From the NCBI RefSeq assembly GCF_964355755.1, contig NC_092675.1, forward strand, positions 18,386,912 to 18,450,911: 64,000 nt of DNA, given 5' to 3'. Below are positions 38,215 through 53,200 of this stretch, one piece after another. The translations under genes and the position numbers were made by a program. Within the stretch, counting starts at the first letter, position 1. Each line of letters begins with the position of its first letter. Under the pieces are notes generated by a model, which saw only the letters and a program-made list of their open reading frames with translations, had not been told where the DNA came from and did not search any database. Source of the stretch: Antedon mediterranea. Lineage: Eukaryota; Animalia; Echinodermata.

Positions 38215-38545
38215 CCACATGAGAAAAGTCGGCATGAAAAAAGTCCCTATGAGAAAGGTCGTCATGAAAAAAAGTCCCCCATAAGAAAAGTTCCCACAGG
38301 AAAAGTTCATACGGGAAAGTTCGCACAGGGGAAAGTACCCGCCCTAAAAAAGATCCCACGGGAAAATTTTACACGGAATTTCCCAATGTCCTCGTGGAAA
38401 AAGCCCTCAAAAAGAAATATTCCCCACTCACAGGGAAAAGTCAACAAAAAAAATCTTTCAGAAAAAATTCCCTGGGAAATTTCATCAAGGAAAATTCTCC
38501 AGAAAAAATCGCGATGGAAAGTCCACAGGAGAAATGAAAAGTCTC
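38215..38545. repeat. Degenerate ~17-18 bp GAAAAGTCC ladder (transposon subterminal-like)
   Basis: Recurring (G)GAAAAGT(C/T)C(C) words at regular spacing. Confidence 0.65.
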
Positions 38546-39284
38546 TCTAAAGTTATTTTTAATTTATTAAACTAATGGTTATTACAAATTATACATATAT
38601 ATATATGAATTAATGATACAATACCGTAGCAAACATATCTGTAACATTTGACATGGCATAAATGATACTAATGTTATATATAAACCCATGAATAAAATTC
38701 CAATATATTAAAAAATAGTATGACTTTTCAAACAGGGTGGGTAAAATTCATAAACTGGCAATCATATACATTACTAAATCTACAAAATGAACAGATGTAA
38801 AGATTTAATACTTACGATTGATGGACAGTTGACAAATAAAACTGATTTATAATTGCGTAGATTGATCATTACAGAAGGTGTTAAAAAAGACAAACGAGGA
38901 CGTTACACTTTCATATCCTCCTAATCAATTCGATGAAATCATCCATATTAATTGCTTAAGCGCAATAGTGTCGCTGGATATATAAACTAATTTCCATTGG
39001 TCAGTGGCTATTTAGTTAGTAATAATAACTGTCTAAATTATTCTATATAATTAAAAAATATGTTTCCTGAAATAGTATTTAAATTAGCAAAACATTAACA
39101 TATGTCGATTTTCAATTTTAGCCCAAAAGCGATTTAAAAAGTGATTTTTAAAAAGGAAAAAAAAAACACACGAACTGTTCACTACACTATGCGTGTTCGC
39201 ACCCTTTAGGCGTCAAATCATCGAAAGGGAAATCGGTAAAGATAATTAAATTATCAATGATTTAGAAACAAACTCCATATCTAG

Positions 39285-39425
39285 TCACGTGATAACAAAA
39301 TGATGTTTATATAGTCGGTACAGGAGAAACGTCTTGGGATTTGCTGGACAACAGTATTTGTCTAAACCTTCATCGAGAGACATTACGGACGTCCCGGATT
39401 TGCTTGAAAACATCTTAAGGTATTG
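39285..39425 (+). promoter_or_regulatory. Candidate core promoter and non-coding first exon of gene B
   Basis: E-box TCACGTGA (39285), TATA-like TTTATATAG (39306), AAG|GTATTG donor at 39419/39420. Gene B coding exon 1 is preceded by an acceptor (ttatttgtag| 44186), which suggests an upstream exon. Confidence 0.35.
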
Positions 39426-42400
39426 GATTTTAATTATACATGTTTTTAACTACTAATAGAACTAATATTAATTATGTAAACACTAAGCATTATAACTTGG
39501 TAATTTCTTCGCCGCTTTGACATAATCAAGTTAAATTATGTTACTTATTTATTTATATGAATGAAATGAATATTGCAGACTTACCGACTAAGGATCGTTA
39601 ATCAATGAACTTTTACCTAATCATTTCTACTTATTTTTTAAACCAAATTGAACTAATATTATATTTGTAGATATTGTACAATAGTACAAGCCCTCGGGCA
39701 AAACCCTGGGTTCGGGTTGAATCTGAAAGATTAACTTCTTTATGGTTTTTATGGTTTTATGGTACATTCTCTATCTAAATGCAGCGTGTACACTAATAAC
39801 TAACAAAGTAAACGGCTCTAAAACTGGGTATCTGGCTTAAAAAGAGAGAGAAATTACCCTAAAACATCTAAAAGACCCGCGCTCACTCGACACACTTACT
39901 GGAATGTATACAGTTCATTGAATCAGTTTAACTACAATCACATTTGAGGCTTGTATAATTTGTATCAATTCAACTTGCATTGTATTTAAACTAACCACAA
40001 CATATTTACATAATATAGAATTAACATATGACGCACATGCACCGCTATATCACGCGTCCAATTTACATCTGTCACTAGATAGATTTTAAATGACTATCGC
40101 AAGTCATCAAGATACGTGTCTAGCTGTTTTAAATACGTTTAATATATATCTGTCATTAAGTCCATAATAGACAAGGTATAACGTGATAAGTGTATTTAGG
40201 ATACACAATGCACCGGAAACCAAAATTGGGTGATATCACTTGTCAATACCAATAATGTCGTATTTGTAGATAGGTAACCGGGTTAACTTCTTAAAAAAAG
40301 TACTGCTTTTTGAATTACATATTCGAAATGTTACGTCTGCTAGTATACAGCAGGGGATTCTCAGTGCTGCATTTTTCATTTTAAGAAAAGATAAGAGTAA
40401 TCCATACTATAGTAGTAGGTAGAACAACAGCATTATATTGATGCTTTAAATCATATTCCCCCAGTGGGTACTACGAAAAACATGAATACAGCTCTGTCAG
40501 CTATACAAAGTAGAACAATCCCCTAGCTATACTTTTAAAAATCATCGTGTATTCGTACTAGATAAAAACAAAATTAGACGTCGGTTCGTGTTGACATGTG
40601 AATTAAACATGACGATGATGAGAGTTTAGCTAAGAGATACCACCAATGCTGTAGTCGTTGATGGCATGAGTTGCGATGAAAGAGTCTAATATATTCCTGA
40701 TAAAACAGCAAGTGCTTTTGGAATATTTTCATATTATTACAGTTTGTATCTTTCTAATAATTATATTTTCAATGTACTCATAGTTTTGATAAATTAAAAT
40801 TAATGTCAATGTTTTGTTGTATTTGACCTTCCTTTGGAACATGATAATGATAACAGTGTTAAACTAAAATTAGAACCGATAAGTGATTAGAGTTACGGTA
40901 GTAGAACTAATCAGAAAATAGAAATGAAAGTATTTCATTATTCTATTAGGTTATGTATCTATTAGACCTGGCCCGAACTATACAATGCGTTCCATTTATG
41001 TATCTATCACAATTATATTGGAGAAGAAAAATATGGTACCGATTGTGTGAACTCATTTTTTGTCTTCGCTTGTTTTCGGCATCTAAGTGGTGTAGACGTG
41101 TTCCGATCATTTATGTAAACCTAATTGTCCTGTAAACCGTTTGTCTTGTAAATGAACTGTTACATATTGGTCTCTTACCTCGAGTAATGAAAAATAGACG
41201 AAAAATAGTAATTATATGATATGTTTTTATAAAGGTTTGCATGGTGAATAAACATTAACAAATTAGAAAAATGGAAAAATAGGAGACATTCTCAGCATTA
41301 GTTTCAATTCAATTCAATGCACATAATATCAACATTTTACGTTTAAACTGTCTGCAAATGTAATTTAAAACTGCTTTTCTTGTTATTTAATTTGCTTTGA
41401 TCTGTGCGTGTGTACTGTCAGATTATTCATATTTGGTATTAAATTGATATTGAAATGAATAATAATCATGATTGAACGGCATTTTTACAAATTCTAATTC
41501 AAAAATTTATATTTTGTATTTGTTTTTATCCATCACTGGAGAGATTGGAGAGATTCTAGTACGTCTAAAATAAATAAATAATTGTGTTTTTTTAACCTTT
41601 GATTAAAAAAATATCTAATGGTAGTCCATAACTGCGAAATAATTTAATTACTGGTCATAACGATTTTCGAAAGGTCGTGGAAAACTGTGGTAAGATAATT
41701 AAATCAGAATTATGGATATATCTGTTATGGTAACCCGTGTCTATTCGATTATAACAGTATATATATGTTTTTAATTGTCTGAACATAAATTATCCGTATT
41801 CATACTTGAAACATCTTGGCCTGTATTAAAAATAAAGAGTGATAATAATTATCAAGTGTTCTCCAATAGACAACATAATGTAGAGATCAATCCGCGCTTA
41901 CATTAATAGGAGTACAGAAATAGTAAATTAAGTTGATTAAATGCCAGGGTACATCAGTTGATTAAGTTTTAGGACGTCTTAAACACATAGTGTGTGCCTT
42001 AATGGTATTTCACTAGAGACAATCGATTCGATTGTAGATAAAACATTGAAATTACTCTGTTTGAAGCATAAATTTGAAGTTCTTGAATTTCTATTTGTTT
42101 TGCATTATCTATACTAAAACAACTACTGCGTATCGTGTTTGGGATAAAAGGTAACACATATACACTATTTAGTGGTGTTTAAATGAATAATTTTTAAAAT
42201 GTTGATATCGTAATGTAAACAACCAATATTTAAGAGGTATTTGTCAATTTAGGTCTATGCTTATATTACACGAATACACTACGATGCAACGAGTTCTTTT
42301 ACTCATGCTAGGCCTCTATTTCACAAAACTAGAAGCCAATATAGTAAGTCCTCACTACCACTAAACTACATCAACACACAACTGTACTGCATTTGATAGG

Positions 42401-42889
42401 AAAACTCAACTAATGTTTAAACAATCCATTTACACAATTAAAGCATGATACATCGATAACATTTCATTCATTATAACGGATGGATACATGACTAAGTACG
42501 GAGGTTCCCCGATGGGGGTTTTTTACTCGCATTCTTCCATCCATGACTGTTTTCATCGATTGCATTGATATGAAACAACATCGAATTAAATAACCACATT
42601 CACTATCTAAATATCTATACATATTTGTTTGCGTTACATTATTCTGTATGCCACCATTTAATTCTTCCAAGATGAGTTCACTCTTCCCTGTCAAGTTTAA
42701 GTACCATACGAATTAATTGATAACATACTTTTGACATGTTCACATAGTTACAATGTGCACATTTAAATTAACATTTCCGGATGAATGACAATATTATAGA
42801 AAACATTAGTTATTGTTTTGTACTTATTGTATGACATATTATTAGCAGAACAGAGTATGCATTATACTAGACTATAATTTGCAAATTTC

Positions 42890-43425
42890 TAGGTTGTCTA
42901 GTTTACTTTATAGTCTACTCTAGACAACCTTTAGTTTACAAACTCAAGCAAACACAAAGTTGACTAGTTGACACGCTTCGGCCAACAGAAGAACAAACTC
43001 CTAGTTTGTAGACAAAACTTGTTTGCTATTGTAGATTATAGTTGTCAAACCTCAGCAAACGGCAGAAACCATAAAGTTTGCAGAAGTCTATTCTAGCAAC
43101 CTTTAGTTTTCAAACTCGAGCAAATTCATAGTTTGCAAACTCGAGCAAACTCCTAGATTGCAGACAAATATTGTTTGCTAGTGTAGTCCAGTTGACAGAC
43201 AGTAAACGGCAGAAACCAAATAGAGGTACATTCTAGCAACCGTTAGTTTGAAAACTAGAGCAAACTCCTAGTTTGTAGACAACATTGTTTGCTGGTGTAG
43301 ACCAGTTGACAAACTTCAGTAAACGGGAGAAACCAAGTTTGCAGAGGTCTATTCTAGAAATATTTAGTTTGCAAACTCGAGAAAACTAAATCCTACTGTG
43401 TAGACAATGTTGTTTGCTAGTGTGA
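42890..43425. repeat. AGCAAAC/TAGTGTAGAC family: ~4 tandem degenerate units of ~120-170 bp
   Basis: tcta(t/c)tctag.aacc.ttagttt..aaact.gagcaaac recurs at ~42914, 43086, 43226 and 43346. Confidence 0.75.
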
Positions 43426-44212
43426 ATATTGTCTTTAGGCTATTATCATCCGTGATATGTTAATGTTAAATATATTATTAATACATAAATTAGATTACAT
43501 TATCAATTCTATATAATGCATTTCCTAGGCTTATCGCCATCTATTTTTGAGAATTCATTCTGTCTACTCAGCACTGTGCTATATTTCTTTAATTTGGTAC
43601 ATTATAAATTCATTGCGTTTTGTCTAAAAATAGTGTTACTACACATTGATGTAATTGTTAATAATTGTACGTCCAACGTTTAATATCTTCACTTAGATGT
43701 TTCGGTATCAATAGAATTAACAGGCGGTATCATAAAAGGTGGCGCAGTCGTATGATGAACTTGCTCACCCGTGCCTACTTGACTCTTAACGCGCTCAAAT
43801 TTATCGTTCGGAATTAAAACGATTTCTGGATTTGAATTCAGCTTGTAGGCCTAATAGGCTACTTCGGCACGAAGCAAGCGATTGTTGGCAGTCGTGTAAT
43901 TATGAAGTTTGCAACAAACCAAGTATATTATAGAATAGCGCGAATGTCGACACAAAGCTAAACAGAGAATCATCTGGGTCATTTGAAAATATATCTGTAA
44001 GAATCACATGATTAACTTTTTATAATAGGTTCATCCCATCTCAACAAATTCTTGAAAAATGCATTTTTATGAAACTGGTTGTTAGTATATTACCATTTTA
44101 TTTAGTTTCTTTTACTTTGCTTAAAAGATTCACTCGAGTGATTCGTTTCTAAAGCTAATTCATAGTCTCTTATTATTTATTTGTAGGTAGTGCGGAAGGA
44201 GGTGGTTAAAGT

Positions 44213-44264
44213 ATGGCGGCATATTATCTAGTGATGTCAACGGTCTTACTCCTATCTACAATAG
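44213..44264 (+). CDS. Gene B coding exon 1 (signal peptide)
   Basis: AGTATGG context; [17 protein letters not shown]; G|gtaagt donor; phase 1 matches exon 2. Confidence 0.78.
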
Positions 44265-47200
44265 GTAAGTCGACACGTTCAATCAATGATTGAATATCCA
44301 TAATTCATTAATGATTTATGATTATAACGGCATTTATATTACCTTTAATAATACCTTCACTTGTGTGTTGACCTTTTATGAGTAAAATAATTAAAAGGGC
44401 AATTGAATGTTTTTCTTATATTATTTGCATTGCCCTCATTACAAGTACAAGGATTTTTAATGCATTAATATAAAGCAATACGCTAACCTATATTTGAATA
44501 ATTGTATTATGGCCTATTGATAGATTATATTTATAAAAAAAGTATACACAAAGATTTGTGAGTGAGTGTGGCCGAGCGGTTAAGACAGTGGAAACGTAAT
44601 CCATAGCCATAACATCGGCAAGGGTTTGAGGCTAACTCGCTCCATGGTTCTGGTGGTAGAACAAGTCTTCTCGGATAGGGACTATACACCGTAGGTCCAG
44701 TGTACATCTGGCTCATGTGCACTTTAAAGAACCTATTACATCTTTCGAGACGAGTAGGGGGTTACCCCGGTGTACTAGTTCATACACACACACTGTCGTG
44801 AACAGACGTAATGGCGCCATAGTTGGCTGCCGATGACACGTTGGGACCCTTAGGGGAGAAGATTGTTGTTAAAAGTTGTAACATCTTAGTCCACAGCGCC
44901 TTTGATCACTTGTTGCTGGAATTGGCGCTTCACATATTCGTATATATAATATTTGTTGTATTGATTCTAATAATAATAATAATAATAATATTTCGCAAGT
45001 TATCCCGTTTCGACATTTTTGTTATTTGATACTTCACCAAAAAAAAAAAGTAGGCTTAAATATGAAGATATTTTACACCCAATAATGTTTCGATTTGTAC
45101 AAAGTAAAACCCACATTCCATCACTTGCTTTTTTCCCGAATATCGTTGTATTTTACATTTCCTTAAAATATCTTTAGTTTTCAAATGAAATTGTAGCTTA
45201 GCAGATATGCCAGGTAAGTATACTAATCCGTTATTACAAACATACAATAAATGATTAGTGATAGAATATGATTATAATTTGAGGATTATCAACATTTTGA
45301 ATTTCGTGTGATGAGGTGAAATGATACACATGAAATTGAGATCCTCCCGAGCGATGACGCACTTCTTTCTATAAACGTATTGAGTAATACCAATTGTTAA
45401 ACGTTAAAACATTTCTATTTAATACGCCATTTTTATAGTGTTTTATAAGAATTATATTCGATTCAGATCGGTTTAGATAATTCTTTACTGTATATTTCAG
45501 TGTATGCACAAAGCTTGACAACTGAGGCTAAACCATTTTTAGTCGAGTTAGTTTTCATCTTAACTAGGCATATGATATTGGGTCAGGGAGATTATAGAAA
45601 TTGGAATGAATATGGGTTATATAAAGTATGAACCATTATAATATTATTGCCTATATTGAATAATATTATATTACGTCATGTCATATTCAAATAAATAGGT
45701 CTATTGAAGTTCTGAGTCATCATTACATTTTTAAAAAATCGATATTTTTTTTTTTTAGAAATTAAAACAAAATAATCATGTGTCATTAATCTAGGCAAAA
45801 ATAAATCATGAGACATGGGATATTAGCCATGATTATTACATTACTTATACAATTACATATACAATACGACTCATTATTATTTATTACAAAAACTAGGCCT
45901 ATATAAATCATAAGACATAATATTAAAAACTAGGTCTATAAATTATAAGACATGTTATTAAAAACTAGGCCTAAACCACTCTTGATGACATAAATAAAAC
46001 TAGGGAAATCATGAGTTATAATTATAATTATATCATGTCTAAATTTGTGTTGTGTATTTATGGTTTGTTTATTAGCCAGTGCCACAACTAGTTAGGTAAA
46101 GGGTCAATGATAATGTCCATCGTGCATGTTCACTATTAAGTGTATCTATTAAAGATACAGATTACATACAGAAATCAATTTGCTGAAGTGTGGGACTTGA
46201 GTAAGAAAGAAAAACATTACGAGAATAAGTAATTCCCATTATGTTTTAATATACATCGTTATTGATTTTTGTAAATATTTTAACTTTGTTTGATCGGAGA
46301 TTGAAAATGCATTGACGATCTGTCTAAATCAGAAGGTATGTATTGATTGCGATAAGTGGAGGAGCTCTAGTTGTTATTGACACGGGTATCATTACTGACC
46401 CGCAGCCATTTCTAACAGAACACATCTTAAGTGAATTTGTCTAGGGAAATAAAACACATTTATGTATACGTTCAATTAAATTCGGCTCCATTATGATTCC
46501 ACAGAACAAGAATTTTGTATCGTATTTGCCCACTCATCGTTCGTCGATAGCGTTATTTTTTACTTCTCTTGCTTTTATAAAATCGATGACAACATCAATA
46601 CAATTAACTTAAAGAAGGAATATAAAATTGACTTATTTATTATTTAAATATAATACCCACCACGTGATCACATGAATACACATGTTGAATGTTAATAATA
46701 TCAATATTTTGTGCCTGGGAGTAAAATCCTTCATTAAAATATTTCTATTTTCAGTGAAAGCTATTCGATGCTATACATATTAAAGATACACTCACGCTTG
46801 TTCATTTTATGGAACGGAAGATGCAATTCTTAAGTTCGGTCTAAACTATCAAACTAGTTTGACAAAACAATGTGATGTGCCTAAATATGGTAGTGATATG
46901 CTTAAATATAAAGTGATATGACACCATCATGTCCATATATGGGCACATCACATTTTGTTGTCGCATACAGTTTGATGGTGTAGACAGATTTACTATACGA
47001 ATGTCCGTATTCTATTCCGTGAAACGGAACAAGTGTGATGTAGTTAAATATGATAATAAATAAACCATTATGGTCTATTTATTATGATAATAATAATACG
47101 TCATAACCAATTTAAAAAATAAATCAGTTTCTGTGGTACAAATGAGGTTTTAATTGACGCAACTTATATATCTAATTCCCATGCGATAGCACATTAACGA

Positions 47201-50200
47201 TCGTTTTAATTTATCATCATTCTGAGACATTTACGGGATTCGCTAAGTTCTCTTATCACCTAAAAGAATTATCCACAAAGGATATAACGACATACTAGTA
47301 ATGAATTCTAAACTTCTACGGCCTGTGCCTTTTAACACACAATAAACACATTTACTTAATATCGGACAATAATATAATTCAATCTTTTTGATTTCTTTTG
47401 ATTGGATTACAAATAAACAAAAACAATGCTACAAAATCTTCATGCGATATGAATTATACATATTTATAGAGATTGCTTATTATTCAAACTCAATTTCATA
47501 CAAGATTAAGTATTTCAACAGATTGATATGTAGGCCTAGACCTTCGACTTAATAATATGTATTGAAGCTATAGACCTTTACAACGGTGGCACACGTTACT
47601 ACACAGCGCGTCCATAAAATAAATATATAGACCACAAGCAGATACTAAATCAATCCAACATATACAACAAGGCCATATACATGGCTGCAGTCGCGTGCGC
47701 AAATTTGAATTAGTGTTTACCGACTGACCGACCGACCAACCGACATAGTGAGCTATAGAGTCACGTTGCACGCGACTAAAAACAATAACTAACCCACGTA
47801 TGTGTTTAACTTTAAAATGCGTTTATTAAACAAGGCCATACACACGGCTGCAGTCGCGTGCGCAAATTTATTTAGCGATCGACCTACCGACCGACATAGT
47901 GAGCTATAGAGTCGCGTTTGCAATATAAGAACCACTAATACATTTTAATATAATTTCACCGTAAGTAGTTTAATTTCGTTTTAATGTATTCTGTTTGTCG
48001 TCATAATTCAAATTACAGACCAAGGACATCACAGTGTGTAAACAATAAGGAAAACGAAACAACAAAACAACCATTTTCCCTTATACTGTACAAGTAACAT
48101 AATCAAACTTAAAAGTTGTGTCATGTGACATTATCAGGCTAATATTGACAGTTACCTTTGTAAATCTTCCATAATCATATTTAGTCGACTTACTTTTAAC
48201 CATTATTTACATTTACAATACTTGTACTGTATGAGAACTTGTGAGCAACGTATCCAGTAGGCCTACAGTTTAATCAGTAAACAAAAGCGAATCGGACCCA
48301 CGTGAATTTCTTCTTTTAATAGTCGCTTGTTGGTACTGTATCTACATTTGTTTCATGTTAGCTAACGTTTAATCTATCAGCACCGGATGAGATGATCTTA
48401 CACATTAGATGATGTAGTAAGAAATTTGCCTAATACTGGATAAATATTGCTATAAAGAGACTCAACACTGATAATCGGGTGTTTTAATCTATTATCTTCC
48501 TTCTAAACGAACATTTACATATTTCTTAATATTTGCATGTTTCTTTTGACAGATAATGTAGATTGTGACATTCGAAATCTTGTAAAACATCTTATGGAGG
48601 ATGAGGATCAGCCGTACAAATCATATATCAGACCAGTTAAAGATGAAAACACAACAAAAATCATCTCATACGAAATGCTTCCAAAGAATCTAATTACATT
48701 TGTAAGTATTCTATGAATAATATATATCAGAAATAGAATATATTAATTTAGTAATTCATCAAAGAAAGTTCACCAAAAGTAAGTGACATAAAACAAGCCA
48801 ATTGGCGATTACCAGGGCATATAGCAAGAAGGGAGGACAACAGATTGACAGAATGGCAGCCGAGAATCTTAGGTAAGACAAAAACGTAGATCAAGGGACG
48901 AAATCATATCTCATACAGAAACAACTTGCTTGGGTTAGGGTTAGAACAGAAGGGAACAGCAGAGGCTCGAGGAGGGCTATCCGACTGGAGATGATGTAAC
49001 CGAGATAAGGTAAGGTAACATTTAGTTATGGCATGTGGATTTAACAAAAGACTCCAGAGTACTTTGCTAAACTATATTTCCTTTTTGAATAAAAAAGATT
49101 TACTACAATTCTTATCTTAGACGTGGTTCCAGTAATTGTCATCTTCACACATATCGTGGAAACAAACATGCCAATGTTATCGACAACTATGAAGTTGCTA
49201 GTTTGTGATATGTCGGAATATTTTCATTTCATTTCAGTACATTTTTATTTATTTATTGACCGCTCTCGGAGTATGACATTTTACAATATGACACTTAATA
49301 ATAGTTGTTGTAATAGAGAAGTACAATATAGAGCATACTATACCCAACACTTTATCACAAATGAACTGAACCTACGCATTTTTAAAACAAAATAAGCTGA
49401 AATGTGGAGGTCTCATAACATCTGTTTGCTCTCCATCCTATTTCCAATTTTCCAGAATCCATTCCTGATCAATAAATATGTTATTTGATATTATCTATCA
49501 ACAATATAAATTGAAAAAAAACCACAAAGCTTCTCTGGATCCACGCAACGAATTCTATACTTCTTGTCATAAGCGTAAAGTAAAATGATCATATTTTGTT
49601 TATAAATAAATTTGTATACATTTATAATAGATTTTATTGTACGTAATCTTTATTAGAGAAGTTTGAAATGTATAAAGAAACAACACATTAACAATAAATT
49701 ATTGCTCGTTATGTAGTTAGGACAGTAACAAATTGGAGGTAAATGATTTTGTACGGTATTTTGAAACAAATTGAAAGAAAAGATACCGGTACAGTGTTCA
49801 TAATTGTACAGCCCATCGCATGCTATTCTAGTCCCAGCTGATTTAAATATAGCATCGTAAATGGCGTCACGCCTGGGACATCAAAGTGGTATGAATGAAT
49901 ATAGTTGATGTGATGATATATACAGCTGATAATTTCATGATGTTTGCGAACAGATACAGACCTACATTTATACGGCGATTTCCAGCGTTAAAATTAAATC
50001 GATACACGGTTTTGTTAATTCAATTTGAAATGCAATATTACACCATGTAAATTATAACAATAATTGAGAACCATAATCAATACAATTTCAGGAGGGGTTA
50101 ACAATCAAGTCACGAATGTTAACACTGTTAATTGACTTGCGTGATATGCTGTGTAAATTGGAGCTTTCTGCTGTACTTTCCGCAAAACGTACTACTACAC

Positions 50201-53200
50201 GAAATATAGTATACGACTAAAGTTAATTTAGCAGTTTTCAGTTTCCTTTTAGTTATACACATTTCAAACGTCTTGAAAATGAATCATGGTTTAAAAAAAA
50301 ATGTTAAAGTGTTGTATCCAATACACGAGCGGTACCATAGGCACAATACACACCCTGCAGATAGCAATCTTTCCCATGCATAACAAGATTATTTCGATAG
50401 TTAAGTTAAGTTAAACATATTTAGATTGTATACAGGCGATCTCTAACAATAGGCTTGAAATGCACAAGCATAACACTTGATCTAAATATAGGTAATATAG
50501 TAAATATAGAAAATATAGGTAAGGAAGTCGGTAATTTGTATCACTTATAATGATGTTTGATTAACCTATTATATATTGTGAAGAAGTTATTTTCTATTTT
50601 TAGGACGAAGTAAAGCAACAAATACGTTTACGTGTGTGGTTAAGACAGGTAGGTATATATCATTAAATGCTTCTCCAAATACTGAAACTGCTCAGCCAGC
50701 AATCTAAACATCATTGCAATAAATATGACACAATAGAAGGAGTAATACCTTTAATTTACGTACGTACTTGTCCCAACTGTACAAAGACCTGTGTTCATAT
50801 ATGTAAGTCCAAGTGATCCCATCAATCACTGTAGGACATTTGTCTATTTCGTCCCCAGCTTACCTGGATAAACCAACCTAAGCCTTTCCCCCTGAGATAA
50901 CAACAAATGTGAACACTCATGCTTTCTAATTGGCTGTGTTTTTTGTTCAAGCGTACCATCCTAAACAATCATTCTATTTTTTAGCATTGGGATGATGAAT
51001 TTTTGACTTGGAATCCAGCAGATTTCAATAATACAAATGAAATCAGGATTCCATCAACCAAAGTATGGAGACCAGATATTGTTCTATATAACAGGTATTA
51101 CAAATGTTCCCAAAAGAGCATGCTGTACGTGATTTGAAAACATGATGTAGTATGCATTGATAATGACATGTTTTATTGTTTACTATTCATATCACGAATT
51201 TAATAAAACTATTGTGCTGAAAGAATTTAGCTGATTCAATAATGTCTGCGTATAGAATTGATATTATTAACAGAAAAAACAAAATAGGCCTACTTATCAC
51301 ATTGACAGTCACAACACGTATTGTTTATGCTGATTAATTTAATAACTACAGAAACCGAAGCAAAGTCTCATGCGGTATCGTGTCTAGTGACAATAATCTG
51401 CAGTATCATGTCTTGTGACGACAACAGCACATACCATCACCAAACTCCTACATATTAACCTCACCCTCTAAATAATCTTTCACTATGAACAAACCCGAGG
51501 CTAGAGTCCGAATCCAGGTATACTGATTGGACAGCTGGATCACCAATCAGCTTGCTGCTAGAAAAAGTTAAAATGTAACCCTTTTGAAGAAGAAGAGGCT
51601 ATGGGATGAAGTTGCTGTCAGAAGACGCGAAACTACGTATATTGTCGTTAGATATGATACCGATTGTGCTCGGGTAAATTGTACTAGGTTGTAGAAATAA
51701 TCATTATTGCAGAAAGACAGTGACGAAATTGTCGTGTGATATTTTAAATTATGATCATTATTATTTACGATGATGACCTACTTAATTTAATATATATTTT
51801 GCCGTATATTTTCAGTGTCGACACGGATGGAACAAATGATCCACAACTTCCTGTAACAGTTTTAAGCAATGGCACCGTAGCATATAATACTCCGTATATA
51901 TTTGTCTTCTATTGTAAAGTAGACTTAACATTTTATCCTTTCGATATTCAATACTGCAACATGTCGTTTGGTTCATGGGCACATGATATAACTCAAGTTA
52001 ATCTAATCCCACCGAGTTTGTTCGGTGACACAGAACAGTACCAGGACAATGGCGAATGGAATCTACACAAAATGCCCATCACTCCAAAAGAAACTCTATT
52101 CAGCTGTTGTGAAAAACCATTCAAGATATTAATGTTCCATCTGAACTTAGAAAGGAAACCTGACTTTTATATATACAACTTAATTTTGCCATATGTATTA
52201 ATTTCAGTTATGTCTCTGTTAGCATTTTATTTGCCACCAGAATCAGGCGAGAAGATGAGTTTATCGATAACTGTTTTGTTATCTCTTATTGTCTTTAACC
52301 AGTTGGTCTTCCAAACAATACCCCGTGTCTCCGCAGAAAGTTTTCCCATTTTAGGTACGTAACAAGCTTAATATATTTTTATTTCCAACATTGTATATCC
52401 TTAGACCTAATCATTTCCAAAAATAATCAAAAGTATATTATGTTTATTAATGAGCATTTTGAAGAACCTAGCCTACACTAAACTTTACAAATTGTTTGTT
52501 ATAAAATTCGAAGGTTTCTCGAGTAAGAAAGGTTTGCAGTGTATACCTCTAAACAAACTCTACAGTGTTTCGAAGTGTGTCAACTGGTCTACACTAGCAA
52601 ACTTTGGGAAAATGTGCTTGACAAATGTTTCTTTACTTTGATTATTTCCATTTTGTATTTGTCTCCATTCACAGGAAAATATTTCATATGCATGATTGGT
52701 ATGGTATCAATGTCTGTGACAATGTCGGTGTTAAATTTACATGTGTACCACAGAGAACATGCTTGTATACCTATGCCAGAGTTTCTTCGATGGATTGTAT
52801 TCAGTGTGATGGCGAGACTTGTTGGAAAATGCAAACCGCATCAAGTTCCTCCTGCATTGACGACTGAATGGAAGGGATATCAAGCAGAAAAAGATGGTTT
52901 CGAACTTGAAGAACTCATGGATGATTTGGACTTCAAACCGGAAAGTATTTTAATGTCTACCAAGGGTGGAAATAATGATGGGTCTCCGCGGATAGATCGG
53001 ATGGAGCGGCATATGACAAGAATATCAAAGTTCACAGAGTATCTTGCGGCCAGGAAACGAAAGAAGGACAAAGATCAAGAGATTGCAAAAGAATGGAGAG
53101 ATGCATCGGCCGTGATCGATCGCACATTGTTGCTATCCTTTGCTCTAATCACTCTATGTTTACCAACATTCTTCCTTTTAGCCGCTAGAGGATTTTTTAG

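Noticed and set aside
45501-45625. Possible alternative exon 2 of gene B (ttcag|TG TAT GCA CAA...AAA|gtatga; phases compatible)
   Set aside because: The peptide has no similarity to nAChR exon 2 (no LxxxY...RP), so this is probably a chance pair of splice-like sites.
48377-48393. RE1/NRSE-like TCAGCACCGGATGAG in gene B intron 1
   Set aside because: Only the left half-site matches; the spacing and right half are non-canonical.
52589-53071. Antisense and alternative-frame ORFs over nAChR exons (also 820-1014, 1857-2042)
   Set aside because: Shadow ORFs of real coding exons with no independent motifs.
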